Source of the DNA: the human T2T-CHM13v2.0 reference genome, Homo sapiens
Strand: one strand, 5' to 3'
DNA: 64,000 nt
NCBI RefSeq assembly: GCF_009914755.1
Contig: NC_060948.1
The translations under genes and the position numbers were made by a program. This document shows, piece by piece, positions 23,775-40,500 of this stretch. A model generated the notes under the pieces. It was not told the origin of the DNA and ran no database searches. It worked only from the letters and a program-made list of their open reading frames with translations. The first letter of the stretch is position 1. Each line of letters starts with the position of its first letter.

Positions 23775-25600
23775 AGGTGTGGGACCTGTGGGACATGGAC
23801 TGGCTTCCTCTCCTTGGGTTAACTGCAGCACATTGGAGGTGTGGATAAAAGACTTAGGGTCTTTGCTCCTTTGTTAGTCTGAGGGTAGAAAGATCAGTTC
23901 CACTCCAGAGGCCGTGGCAGAGAAGTTTTCAGTTGTCCCTGGAGGCTCTGTCCAGGAATTTTCTCGGTTGCTACTGGCTCAGTAGCTCTGGTGGGGGTGG
24001 CTGGAGGCCCAGGCATGGAGGACCTCACCAGTGAGGAGACGTGGGACCAAGCACCCACTTAAGTCTGGTCACTTTTCCATTGGACTGCTGCAGTATGCTG
24101 GGGGCTCACTCCAGTCCCTAGTCACCTTAGATTTTCCAATACCTGGAGGTATCACCAGTGAAGGCTGTGTAACAGCAAAGATGGCAGCCTTCTCCTCCAG
24201 ACCTGTTTTTGGCCTGAACACACCTGTAGAAGGTAGCTAGAGACCACGGTTGGGAGTTCCCACCCAGTGAGGAGGAACAGGATTGGCAGACCTGCTTGAA
24301 AAAGCAGCCTGGTCATGTTTTGGTGGAGCAGCTGTGCTATGCTGGGTATCCACTTCAGCCCCCAGTCACCTCAGACACTCCAAAGCCCAAAGGCCGGAAT
24401 AGCTAAGTCACTCAAACAGCAAAGATGGCAGCTCACCCCTCCTCTGGGAGCCCCATCCCTGGAGAGTTTGAAACCTCTGTCAGCCAGAGAACACTGGCGG
24501 GGATAGCTGGAGATCCGGGTTGGGAGGCCCCACTGATGATGAGAAACAGGATTGGGGAACTGCTTAAAAAAGCAATCTGGTCATGTTTTCATAAGGCAGT
24601 TGTGCTGTGCAGGGGGTCCACTTCAGCCCCTAGTCACCTTGTACTCTCCAAAGGCCAGAATAGCTATGTCACTCAAACGGCACAGATGGCAGGCCATCCC
24701 TCCCTCTGGGAGCTCCATTCCAGGGAGGCTTCAAATCTCTGTCAACTGGAGAACACCAGTGGGGGTGGCTAAAGACCCCAGTTGGAAGTCCTGCACACTG
24801 AAAAGGAATGGGAGAGGGGATCTTCTTAAAAAGGCAGTCTGGTGGTATTTTCATAGAGCAGTTGTGATGTGCTGTAGGATTCCTCCTGTTTCTGGTCAGC
24901 TTAGACTCTCCAAAGACCACAGGGTGGAACGGCTGTCTCCCAAACAGCAAAGATGGTGGCCTACCCCTACCCCCAGGAGCTCCATCCCAGTCGCAATATT
25001 ACTATCAGTGGCTGGCTGAAATTCCAAGCCAGAGTTTTATTCTGTGAGGTGCCTTGGTAGTGGGACCTGCGGACAGTCACTGCTCAGCTCCCTGGATTCA
25101 GCCTCTTTCCTAGGGATATGTACAGGTGGTCTAACCTTTCACTTTGCTGGAATTGCAAGTAATTTTTCTGGGAAGCCCAGAAAGCCTGAGTATCTAAGGC
25201 TCCTGGGTCTCCACATGTGCCTGAGCAGATGCTCAGCAAAGACTCCACATAGCTCTGTGTGTCAGACTGAAGGCCCTGGTGGAGTGGGTTCATGAGGGGA
25301 ATCTCCTGACCCAAGGGTTGCAAAGATCTGTGGAAGAAGCGTGGGTTCCTGCAGTCACACTTTCACTCACCACTTCCTTGGGTGGCGGAGGTTACTTGGC
25401 TCCATGTCACTCCTGGGTAGGCCATCATTCTGCTTTGATTTTCTCCATTTTTCGTGGGTCAAGTTGTTTTCTTGATTAGTCCTTATGCACGCTCCTGGAT
25501 GTTTCAGTTGAAAATGCTGTATTTACTCACCCCTTCCTTTTCTCTCCATGAGAGCCATGCACACTAGCTGCTTCTAGTTGGCCATCTTGGCCACCTCCCC
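23775..25600 (-). mobile_element. Isolated L1 5'UTR (L1PA13-15 / L1PREC2-type) with internal ~260-bp tandem units
   Basis: Minus strand starts 'ggggaggtggccaagatggccaactagaagcagctagtgtgc' (L1 5' end with YY1 site). It is GC-richer than the flanks and no ORF1 follows. Confidence 0.8.
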
Positions 25601-26339
25601 AACAGAGAACATTTTGGACAGGGGTGACAAATATGGATTTGATGATGGAATCTTTTAACCTTGATGCGAAGCTACAAGAAGGCTTCAACACCTTCGGTTT
25701 ACAACAGTATTAGACTGTCTCACTTCCATCATTAATTACAAATTATTAATGAGCACCCTACACAGCACAGGATTGGTCAGTCTGTTCAAAGCTTTGATTG
25801 GACACTCCTCAGTTATAGTCAAGCAGATCCTCAGTATCACAATGCATGTTTTTTTTTTATTGTGGAAGTGCATTAAGAACTTGTGTTTGTACAATCTATA
25901 ATTTACAAGCTATAGGAAACTGGGAGCAGAATGAAAAATGTCTGATTTCAACCATCAATGGCAATATGCTATAAAAATCTCTAGGAAGTGTTAAAACACA
26001 GGATTGACATCTGCTCTGTGACATGAACACTCCATATGAACATTTATAAAGTTAAAATTAACTGTGAGAGTTACTCTGCCAACTAGAATTTACAGGTTCA
26101 CATATAACCTACATACTCAATGATACATATTTGGACATGTTAATTTAGTTTTAATTCACTCCATGTTTGTCTTGAAGATCAAGTGAATTTAGGACAGATA
26201 GTATGATTGCTAAGCAGCAGGAAAATTCACTTTATTTCTTTGGTCATAAATTAACTTGAAACCTTTCAGCTTGAGTTTCTTGTTATTTCTTTGTTTGTTT
26301 GTTTTCTTTTTCCAGACCTGTTATTTTTGTTATAGGTAC

Positions 26340-27780
26340 AGACTAAGTAGAGAGTTAGATTAAGTAGAGTTGAGGGTCTTCCAGGTAACTACAATAGAGA
26401 AATAAAAAGTGTGAGCAACAGAGGAACAAACAGGCAAGTGGAATGTACATACAAGGCAGAGATTGCAATGAAAGAACATGAACTCTAAAGTGGGTAATAA
26501 GGGAAAGTAATACAGGCAGAAAACATTGAAAAGTGAAAAGGTGGTAATGTAAATAAGTTTGATTCCAATAGAGTCAAATAATTGTTGGAAAGTGATGCTA
26601 GAGGCTATGACCTACAAAGATGGGATATTGTGACTGGTGAATGGATTTATTGAAATTGAGATTTTGTAAATGTAATTAATGAAAATAATAATGTCTATGA
26701 TCACAGGTGGAGGTGTCACAGGTGGGACAAAGGAAAAGCTCACCGACACTAATGAAGTCAAGAAACTGAGAGAACAGTTTGAGGGATTTTTTTTATTATT
26801 ATTTTAACATTCCTGACAACTGACAAGAGTGGTGTTGGATATAAATTAAGTCAGACATAAAATTCTGAAGGAAGAAATGTAAATAATTAGCCAGTCTATA
26901 AATAAAAAGAGAGACAGTGATACGGTTAGCCCATGTGTCTTCACCCAAATCTCATCTTGAATTGTAATCCCCAGATGTTGAGGAAGGACCCTGGTGGGAG
27001 GTGATTGGATCATGGAGGTGGTTTCTCCCATGCTGTTCTCATGGTAGTGAGTACTCACAAGATCTGATGGCTTTATTAGTGTTTGGCAAGTTCCTCCTTC
27101 ACTCACTCTTCTCTCTTCTGCCGACTTAAGAAGAAGGTGCTTGCTTCCCCTTCCACCATGATTGTAAGTTTCCTGATGCCTCCCCAGCCATGCAGAACTG
27201 TGAATCAATTAAACCCCTTTTCTTTATATATTACCCAGTTTTGGGTAGTATCTTTATAGCAGTGTGAGAACAGACTAATATCTTTACAGCAGTGTGAGAA
27301 CAGACTAATACAAATGTTATACTAACACCATATATAATATATAGTATAGTATTGCATGCAATTCAAAGGATATTTTTTCTTTTTGTAAATTAGAAGGGAA
27401 GAATAATGGTCCAGAATTGGCAAAAAAAAAAAAAAAAAAAAAAAAACTAAGACAATATATTCTCAGGCCCACTAGTTCATAGAATGTGAGATAATAGAAT
27501 CTCTTTCACTCATCTTAGCTCCTGGGGGAAACACTGTCCTCTGGAGACATCCAGAAAATTTAAGAAGGTAAAGGATACATCCAGGAAAACATTGAAACAT
27601 TTTTCCATTAGAGAGCACAGTGAGAGGATTTAAGGCATTTAGAATAGATTGAACATGGGTACATATTATAGTATATACACTGCCATGAGAAGATAAAAAT
27701 CGATCCACTTTATGATAGAGAATTTTGGAGTCTTGGCCCCCTTGTGATCATCAAAGTAAGCAAGGACAAGAGTCATAAAG
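26340..27780 (-). mobile_element. Probable L2 body remnant, interrupted by THE1
   Basis: Purine-rich degenerate sequence containing 'gaagtcaagaaactgagagaacag', similar to antisense L2. Confidence 0.4.
26918..27312 (+). mobile_element. THE1D-like MaLR solo LTR
   Basis: 'tgatacggtt...cacccaaatctcatcttgaattgtaatcccc' to 'gcagtgtgagaacagactaataca'. Confidence 0.9.
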
Positions 27781-28280
27781 ATAATTTTCTCTATTGTCAT
27801 TTACATGGAGGTGAATAATTATTCTAATTATTAGTATAATTTTAGGGTCTCTCCATGAGTAGGAACTCTCTGAGTTTGCCCATATATTTTCTAATAGGTT
27901 GATGTGATGTTCATCCTAGGGAAAGACTACATTACAAAAAGCAAGTGGATGTCTATGCTAGCTGCCTAAATCATGTTGAAAATGATGTCAATGCTCAGAG
28001 ACAGGCAGTCCTACTAAGACTATAAGAAATTCTGCCAACTGTGAACTTTAAACTCTTTTGAGGTGAATAACTAACCAACAGCCAACAAAATTCTTATCTG
28101 AGAAACAGTGAAAATAAATGTTATATTTAGGAAAAAGACAAGGATGCTTTCTACTATCCCAATTTTAAATATTTGTCAGGAAATTTTACTTAATATATTT
28201 TATATATTTTATAATTTGCAACATTATATAAATTATATATCATATATATATCATGTATGATCATATATATATGATGTTGC

Positions 28281-29074
28281 TGAAATGGGAAAAGTTCCCT
28301 TGTCCCTCTTGCAGGGTGTGAAATGGGGATGTGGCTTGCTTCTTCAGTGCTCTATTGCTCAAACCTTTAGGGGAGCATACAGATGGGCAGGGAGACCCAT
28401 GGCAGTGTCCAGGGGTGAATGTTTACAGCTGAAGCCCAGTGACCATGTGTTACTGGGTGCTCTTTTAGTTTAGCCCTGCATAGGTGGCTGTGTTAGCTCA
28501 ATTAGACCCCTGCTTTATCGCAAGCACAGAGGGCTTTCTGTATCCCAGGGTTCTTGCCTTGGAGTACGGGAAGAATTGGATCACACATGGGCTTGGAGAA
28601 TGAGTCCAAGGTTTTATTGAATGGAAGTAGCTCTCAGCAGTGGGGGAGCCAGAAGGGAGAAGATTTTCCCCTAGAGTTGGGCCACTTGGAGGCCTGGACT
28701 CTCCTCCAACTGCCCCAACCAAACTCTGTGTCATTCTGCTGGTCGGTGGCCTGCCAGCATGTTCGGTGTGTTCCTCTCGACATCCAACCATCCGTGTGTT
28801 CCTCTGCTGATGTGCTCCTCTCGATGTCCAGCCACCTGTGTGTCTGCTTGCTAGCATCTTGGGGTTTTTACAGGCACAGGATGGGGCCATGGCAGGCCAG
28901 GGTAGTCTTGGGAAATGCAACATTTGGGCAGGAAAACAAAAATGCCTGTCCTCATGTAGGTCTGTGGCCACAGGCCTGGGTGTGGAGTCCTAGCCAGGGA
29001 CCACAACCTTACCCCCTTCCGTATAATTTAAAGGGATCATGTCCTTCCTTTCCCAGAATTTCCCTTCCATATCA
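28281..29074 (-). mobile_element. ERV1 solo LTR (LTR1/MER52-related)
   Basis: Minus strand runs 'tgatatggaagggaaattctgggaaaggaagg' to 'gggaacttttcccatttca'. TSD ttgc/ttgt. Confidence 0.8.
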
Positions 29075-30525
29075 TTGTTAATGACATGTTTGGATACTTC
29101 AGAAATCTAAGATAGATCATCTAAGACACATAAGAGCTTAGAATTTGTCACTTTCATTCTTTTAACAAGGAAAAGCTGGAAAAACTGAAAATCAGTTGAC
29201 ACTTTTTGGACTCATCAGAGAAGTGAAGTTACTGGATTTCCTTGAAATATTTAGAAACAGTTATTTTAAGAAGGACAAAACACATGAGCAATTTCTTATC
29301 TGGAGCAGACACTGCCAGACACCCTAGAAGGCAGTAAGAACGTTAAACTAGAAATTCTGATGAACTTATGGTGCCCAAATGTGGGCTAGCTTCTGGAGGC
29401 TGCAATCACAGGAATACCCCTCATTTCTGTAGGCTTTCCTCCAGAAGCTCCACCAGGCTTTCATAGAGTGGATTTAGAAAAATCCTAAGAGTGCTCCCTT
29501 TGTGACTCTGCCAAGGGAAGGGAAGGAATTAGGAGGCAGGGTGAAAAAGAGTCTACCCCTAAAGAAAAAAAAGAAACACGAATTACAAAAGTCACAGCTC
29601 TGAAACACAGCTTACTATGCATTCCAAAACTTGAGAATAAAACATAAAACCTAGAGAATGCCTTATATCCTTCTTTCCTATATGATCACTATACTAGTAA
29701 TGCCTCCAATAATGGTTACAGTGGATTACAACTGAAAGAGCTAAAAGAAAAAATAAATAAATAAAACTTTCTAAGAAGCAGAATAGAGAAGCCCAAAATT
29801 CAACAGGAGAGAAAAAAAACATGATTACTAGAGAAATATGAATCTTCCAGTGTCCATAGCTACAACAAACATCAAACATAACACAACTCTTGGCCAGATA
29901 ACATGTATACCAAACATCTATTAACATATATGATATGTTCATCATTCAACAAAAAGTTCTAAGACATGCCCAAAAGGCAAGAAGCAAACAAATAAACAAC
30001 ACACAGTCAGAAGACAAAGTATTAATGAGACACAGACTCACTTATGACATGAATGTTGGAATTGTCAGAGAGGAAATTTAAAAATGATTATGATTACCTT
30101 GTCAAAATCTCTAATGAAAAAGGTACAGGACAGGCAAAACCAGAAGGGTCACATAAGAGGAGAGATGCAAATTGTAAGAATAAAAAGAAAAGGTTATAAA
30201 TTATTTTTAAAAAATATGGCAACAAAAATGAAGAATGCTCTCCATAGTTCATCAGTATACCCAACACAACTAAATAAAAAGTCAGTAAATTTGAAGACAG
30301 GTAAATAGAAATTTTTCAAACTGAAATTGAATAAAGTGACAAAAATAGAAGAGAACATTCGAGAACTGTGGGAAAATATCTGCAAAACTGTAATACTAGA
30401 AGAAAAAGGCAAAATGAAACAAAATAAAAATTTGAAGAAATAGTAGTTGAAAAATGTTAAGTTAGTGACAGTCACCAATACATGGATCTAAGAAGCTTAG
30501 AGAACCCTAAGAAAAGATAACACAC

Positions 30526-31024
30526 TGTATTAGTCAGGATTCTCCGAAAAAATATAAACAATAGAACCAATAGGCTCTATTTTTGTCTCTCCATAGAGAG
30601 AGAGATACAGAAGTTTATTTTAAGAAGTTGGCTCACATGATTATGGGAGCAGGCAAATCCAAAAGCTGCAGGATGGATTGGCAGGTTGGAGACCCAAAGA
30701 AGAGCAAATAATGTAGTTCAAGTCTGAAGGCCATCAGAATAAAGTTTCAGGAAGGAACCAACATTGCAGTTCAAATCCAAAGGATATCTACTGGCAGAAT
30801 TACTCTTTGCTTGGGGGAAGTCAGTACTTTTGTTCTATTCAGTTCTTAACTGAGTGGATGAGACCCACCCAACTTACAGAGGAAAATCTCTTTTGCTCAA
30901 AGTTGACTAATTTATATGCTAATCTCATGGAAAACAATCTTCATAAAAATATCTGGAATAATGTGTGAACAAATATTTGGGCACAATGAGGCATCCAAAT
31001 TGACACTTAAAATTAATTATCACA
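30526..31024 (-). mobile_element. MLT2 (ERVL) solo LTR
   Basis: 'tgtattagtcaggattctcc...ttggctcacatgattatggga...aaattgacacttaaaattaattatcaca'. Confidence 0.85.
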
Positions 31025-31721
31025 CATAACAAAACATAGATAAGAATTGCCAAAGACATCTTATCAGATATTATGTCAACAGGAAAATAATGGCATACAA
31101 TATTTAAAATTTTAAAAGAAAAATTCTGCCAATCAAAAATTCTATACTCAGCAAAACATGTACTTTAAGATTGAAAAAAAATCCTTTCTCAAAAAAAAAA
31201 TTATTACTAGTAGACTAGCCCTACAAAAATTGTTAAAGGAAGTTCTTCACAGAAAGAAACTTATATAGGTCAGAAAAATTGAGAATATACAAAAAAAAGA
31301 AGAGTGGAGCACAACAAATAAATAAAGGTAAAATATCTTTTATGTTTTTCTTAATTTCCCAAAAGATAATTGACACTTTAAAACAATAATAATAACAATG
31401 TATGAAGTATTTATAGCATATGTTTAAATAAAATGAATGACTGTGTCAGAAGAGATGAGAGAGGAATTAAGAATACCATAAATTACCTGCACTATATCTG
31501 AATGAAATAGTATTATTTAAAGAGGAACTTAGATTGTTTAAAAATGTATATAGTAAACCCTCAGGCAACCACTAAAATAATGAAAAGGAAGTATAAGTGA
31601 TATGTCAGTATGGAAGACAAATGGCATCATAATAAATGTTCAATAAATAGCAGAGAGAGCCACAGAAGGAAACATTTAAAAGAAAGAGCAAATGCAATTA
31701 ATACAAAGCATAAAGATAATA

Positions 31722-32022
<301 letters not shown>

Positions 32023-32110
32023 GAAACAGATAGTATATATAGTTTCTTCCAAATATATTTGGAATCACTTTATACCTGAATAGTCTAAATACACCAGTCA
32101 AAATCAGAAA

Positions 32111-32459
32111 TTGGTTTTCTGTTCCTGTGTTAATTCACTTAGGATTATGGCCTCCAGTTCTATCCATGTTGTTGCAAAGGACATGCTTTTATTTTTTTCC
32201 TATAGTTGTGTAGTATTTCATGGCGTATGTGTAACACATTTTCTCAATTATAAATAGTAGCTAAATATTGAGCACACAAGGACTCAAACAAGGGAACAAC
32301 AGACACTGTGGACTACTAGATGGGGGAGATGGAAAGAAGGAGGTGGGTTGAAAAACTACCTATTGGGTAATATGTCAGTACCGGGGTGCAATATAACCAT
32401 GTAAAAAATCTGCACATGTACGTTCTGTATCTAAAAAAAAAGTTGAATTTAAAAAAAAA
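32111..32459 (+). mobile_element. Short 5'-inverted (twin-primed) L1PA15/16-like insertion
   Basis: 32111-32240 is the antisense ORF2 end; 32241-32459 is the directly following 3'UTR in sense, ending in an A tail. Confidence 0.85.
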
Positions 32460-32875
32460 GAAATTGGGAAGTATGATCAACTGATAAACACCAATGTAGG
32501 GAAAGATGTAGACTTAAGAACACTCTTACACAATACTTATTAGAGTTTTAATTGGTATGATCACTTTTGGGAGCCATTTGGTAATATCTCGTGAGATTAA
32601 AAATGTGCATATTTCATGACCAGACAATTCCAACCCTCAATGTCTATATCAGATATGTTCTATTTTATATATGCCAGGAAACATATGAAAAAAAGTATTT
32701 ACTTTAGCGCTTGTTGATATCAGCAAATAAAGCGTAAATAAATTAACTTTCTGCCAATAGGAAAATGGGTGACTTAGAGATAGCTTATTTTTATAAGAAA
32801 ATAGTATATAATATTAGAAATGAATTCAGTTGATTTACTTGTATCAAGAGGGATAAATATAGAAAAGATAATGTT

Positions 32876-33780
32876 GAGGAGGAGCCAAGATGGCTAACAG
32901 GAACAGCTCCGGTCTACAGCTCCCAGTGAGAGCGACGCAGAAGACAGGTGATTTCTACATTTCCATCTGAAGTACCAGGTTCATCTCACCATGGAGTGCC
33001 AGACAGTGGGTGCAGGTCAGTGGGTGTGTGCACCGTGCATGAGCCAAAGCGGGGCAAGGCATTGCCTCACTCGGGAAGTGCAAGGGGTCAGGGAGTTCCC
33101 TTTCCTAGTCAAAGAAAGGGGTGTCAGACGGCACCTGGAAAATCGGGTCAGTCCCACCTGAATACTGCACTTTTCTGACGGGCTTAAAAAACGGTGCACC
33201 AGGAGATTATATCCCACACCTGGCTCAGAGGGTCCTATGCCCACAGAGTCTTGCTGATTGCTAGCACAGCAGTCTGAGATCAAACTGCAAGGTGGCAGCA
33301 AGGCTGGGGGAGGGGCGCCCACCATTGCCCAGGCTTGCTTAGGTAAACAAAGCAGAGGGGAAGCTTGAACTGGGTGGAGCCCACCACAGCTCAAGGAGGC
33401 CTGCCTGCCTCTGTAGGCTCCACCTCTGGGGGCAGGGCACAGACAAACAAAAAGACAGCAGTAACCTCTGCAGACTTAAATGTCCCTGTCTGACAGCTTT
33501 GAAGAGAGCAGTGGTTCTTCCAGCACACAGCTGGAGATCTGAGAATGGGCAGACTGCCTCCTCAAGTGGGTCCCTGACCCCTGACCCCCAAGCAGCCTAA
33601 CTGGAAGGCACCCCCAAGCAGGGGCAGACTGACACCTCACAGGGCTGGGTACTCCAACAGACCTGCAGCTAAGGGTCCTGTCTGTTAGAAGGAAAACTAA
33701 CAAACAGAAAGGACATCCACACCAAAAACCCATCTGTACATCACCATCATCAAAGACCAAAAGTAGATAAAACCACAAAG
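32876..33780 (+). promoter_or_regulatory. L1 5'UTR internal sense/antisense promoter
   Basis: YY1 motif 'caagatggc' at the 5' end and canonical L1PA 5'UTR sequence with many decayed CpGs. Confidence 0.8.
33017..33325 (-). CDS. ORF0: LINE-1 antisense ORF0, 102-aa open variant
   Basis: MVGAPPPALLPPCSLISDCCASNQQDSVGIGPSEPGVGY... matches primate L1 ORF0. ATG at 33325 and open to the stop. Expression is unknown. Confidence 0.6.
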   Translation of the reverse strand: MVGAPPPALLPPCSLISDCCASNQQDSVGIGPSEPGVGYNLLVHRFLSPSEKCSIQVGLTRFSRCRLTPLSLTRKGNSLTPCTSRVRQCLAPLWLMHGAHTH

Positions 33781-34794
33781 ATGGGGAAAAAACAGAACAG
33801 AAAAACTGGAAACTCTAAAAAGCAGAGCACCTATCCTCCAAAGGAATGCAGTTCCTCACCAGCAACAGAACAAAGCTGGACAGAGAATGACTTTGACGAG
33901 CTGAGAGAAGAAGGCTTCAGACGATCAAATTACTCCGAGCTATGGGATGACATTCAAACCAAAGACAAAGAAGTTGAAAACTTTGAAAAAAAATTTAGAA
34001 GAATGTATAACTAGAGTAACCAATACAGAGAAGTGCTTATAGAGCTGATGGAGCTGAAAACCAAGGCTTGAGAACTACGTGAAGAATACAGAAGCCTCAG
34101 GAGCTGATGCGATCAACTGGAATAAAGGGTATCAGTGATGGAAGATGAAATGAATGAAATGAAGTGAGAAGGGAAGTTTAGAGAAAAAAGAATAAAAAGA
34201 AATGAGCAAAGCCTCCAAGAAATATGGGACTATGTGAAAAGACCAAATCTACGTCTGATTGGTGTGCCTGAAAGTGACGGGGAGAATGGAACCAAGTTGG
34301 AAAACATTCTGCAGGATATTATCCAGGAGAACTTCCCCAATCTAGCAAGGCAGGCCAACATTCAGATTCAGGAGATACAGAGAATGCCACAAAGATACTC
34401 CTCGAGAAGAGCAACTCCAAGACACATAATTGTCAGATTCACCAAAGTTGAAATGAAAGAAAAAATGTTAAGGGCAGCCAGAGAGAAAGGTCAGGTTACC
34501 CTCAAAGGGAAGCACATAAGACTAACAGCAGATCTCTCAGCAGAAACTCTACAAGCCAGAAGAGACTGGGAACCAATATTCAACATTCTTAAAGAAAAGA
34601 ATTTTCAACCCAGAATTTCATATCCAGCCAAACTAAGCTTCATAAATGAAGGAGAAATAAAATACTTTATAGACAAGCAAATGTTGAGAGATTTTGTCAC
34701 CACCAGGCCTGCCCAAAAAGAGCTCCTGAAGGAAGTGCTAAACATGGAAAGGAACAACCGGTACCAGCCACTGCAAAATCATGCCAAAATGTAA
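33781..34794 (+). pseudogene. ORF1: L1 ORF1p, disrupted
   Basis: MGKKQNRKTGNSK...RYQPLQNHAKM*, with a frameshift near 33990 and several in-frame stops at 34040-34170. Confidence 0.95.
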
Positions 34795-34857
34795 AGACCA
34801 TCGAGACTAGGAAGAAACTGCATCAACTAACAAGCAAAATAACCAGCTAATATCATA

Positions 34858-38671
<3,814 letters not shown>

Positions 38672-40089
38672 ACAATGAGAACACTTGGACACAGGGAGGG
38701 GAACATCACACAATGGGGCCTGTTGTGGGGTGGGGGGAGGGGGGAGGGATAGCATTAGGAGATATACCTAATGCTAGATGACGAGTTAGTGGGTGCAGCG
38801 CACCAGCATGGCCCATGTATACATATGTAACTAACCTGCACATTGTGCACATGTACCCTAAAACTTAAAGTATAATAATAATAAATAAAGAAAAAGAAAA
38901 CAAAAGAAAAGATAATGTTAAGTAAAAATCAAACCTTCAAAAGGGTACTTAGAGTAGGAAGCAACATATATAAATTAAAACACACAAATTAATAGAATAT
39001 TTGTTTATGGGGACATACATATGTAGTAAAGACAAAATGCACATTTGTTAGTTCAATGGCATAAAAAAATCATAAATTGTAGATTAGATTAAGAAACAAA
39101 AAACAGTATCAAGAAAACAAAACAAAAATATGATACCTAATTATATGCTGTGTAGAGCAAACCCAATTTAAATATAAAGACTTTTAGAAGTTAAATAAAA
39201 TGATGAAGAAAGATATATCATGCAAACACAAAGCATAAAAAGAAGCTGAATTACCTCTATTAATTTCAGACAAAGCAATCTTCAGAACAAAAAAGAGTAT
39301 CAGGAGTAAAAGAAACATTAAATAATGAAAAAAGGATCAATTCTCAAAGCAGACATAATCATAAAATGGTGTGTACCTAACAAAACAGCATCAAAATATA
39401 TGCAAAAATTTATAGAACTGAAAGGAGAAATAGACAAATATCCTATTATAGTTGCATAGTTTGACACTCCCTTGTCAGTAAATGATAAATAGAGCAGGCA
39501 GAAAATGATAAGGCTAAAGATAAACTGAACAACACTATCAACAAATTGGCATTATAGAATATTCTGTACAGCATCATAAGAATACACGTTCTTCTCATGT
39601 GCAGATGGAACACTCATCAGGATGGAACACTCATGAAGATACATCACAGTATAGGCCATAAAATAAACATTTGCAGGTTGAAAATGCTAGAAATTATGTA
39701 AAGTACGTTCTCAGAGGGTAACAGATTTACTGTAGAAATCAGTAACTGAAATATGGCCATAAAACCTGAACTATTTATAAAATAGAGAATATAGCTCTAA
39801 ATAACACTTACGGTTAAAAAAATACCAACATATCTTATGAACACAGAGTATATACAAAAATCCTTTAAAGTATTAGCAAATCAAAAATGGTAAGATATAA
39901 AAAGAGTAATTCACCACAACTTATTCATTATAGGAATGCAAGTATGGTTTTACATTCATAAATCAATCAATGTAATTTATCTTGTTAGCAGGCTAAATAT
40001 CAGAAATCATATCAATAGATACATTAAATACATTTTACAAAATTTAATATCCCTTTACGATTAAAAACTCAAAAATCAGGAATAGAAGG

Positions 40090-40500
40090 TGTGTTAGCCC
40101 AGTCTTGCATTGCTATGAAGAAATGACCAAAACTGGATAAATTGTAAAGAAAATAAACCTAATTGGCTAACAGTTCTGCAGGTTTTGCAGAAAGTATGGT
40201 GATGGCATCTGCTGGACTTCTGGTGAGGCCTCTGGGAGCCTTTATTCATGGTGGAAGGCAAAGTGGGAACTGGCACATCACATGGCTTGAGCTAGAGCAA
40301 GAGAGAGAATGGGAAATCCTACAGAGTTTTAAATAACCAGATCTTGTGTGAACCCACTCATCACTAAGGGGATGGTGCTAAGTCATTCATGAGGGATACA
40401 CATTTTCATGATCTAAACACTTTCCACGTGCCCCATCTCCAACAATGGGGATTACATTTCAATGTGAGATTGGATGGGGAAACAGATCCAAATCATCTCA
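40090..40500 (-). mobile_element. MSTA-like MaLR solo LTR
   Basis: 'tgtgttagcccagtcttgcattgctatgaagaaat...ccaaatcatctca', with 5-bp TSD gaagg/gaggg. Confidence 0.85.

Noticed and set aside
24031-25479. Cluster of 60-155 aa ORFs suggesting a gene
   Set aside because: All lie inside an L1 5'UTR, with no splice structure or homology that I can recognise.
25601-26340. Possible exon or processed pseudogene in unique-looking sequence
   Set aside because: There is no sustained ORF, poly(A)/TSD or recognisable homology.
27422-27445. Isolated poly(A) as a retrocopy tail (also 6978-7003)
   Set aside because: There is no upstream retroposed body or TSD. These are simple homopolymer expansions.
28498-29081. 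157-aa and 175-aa ORFs on opposite strands
   Set aside because: They lie essentially within a GC-rich solo LTR and show no recognisable domain.
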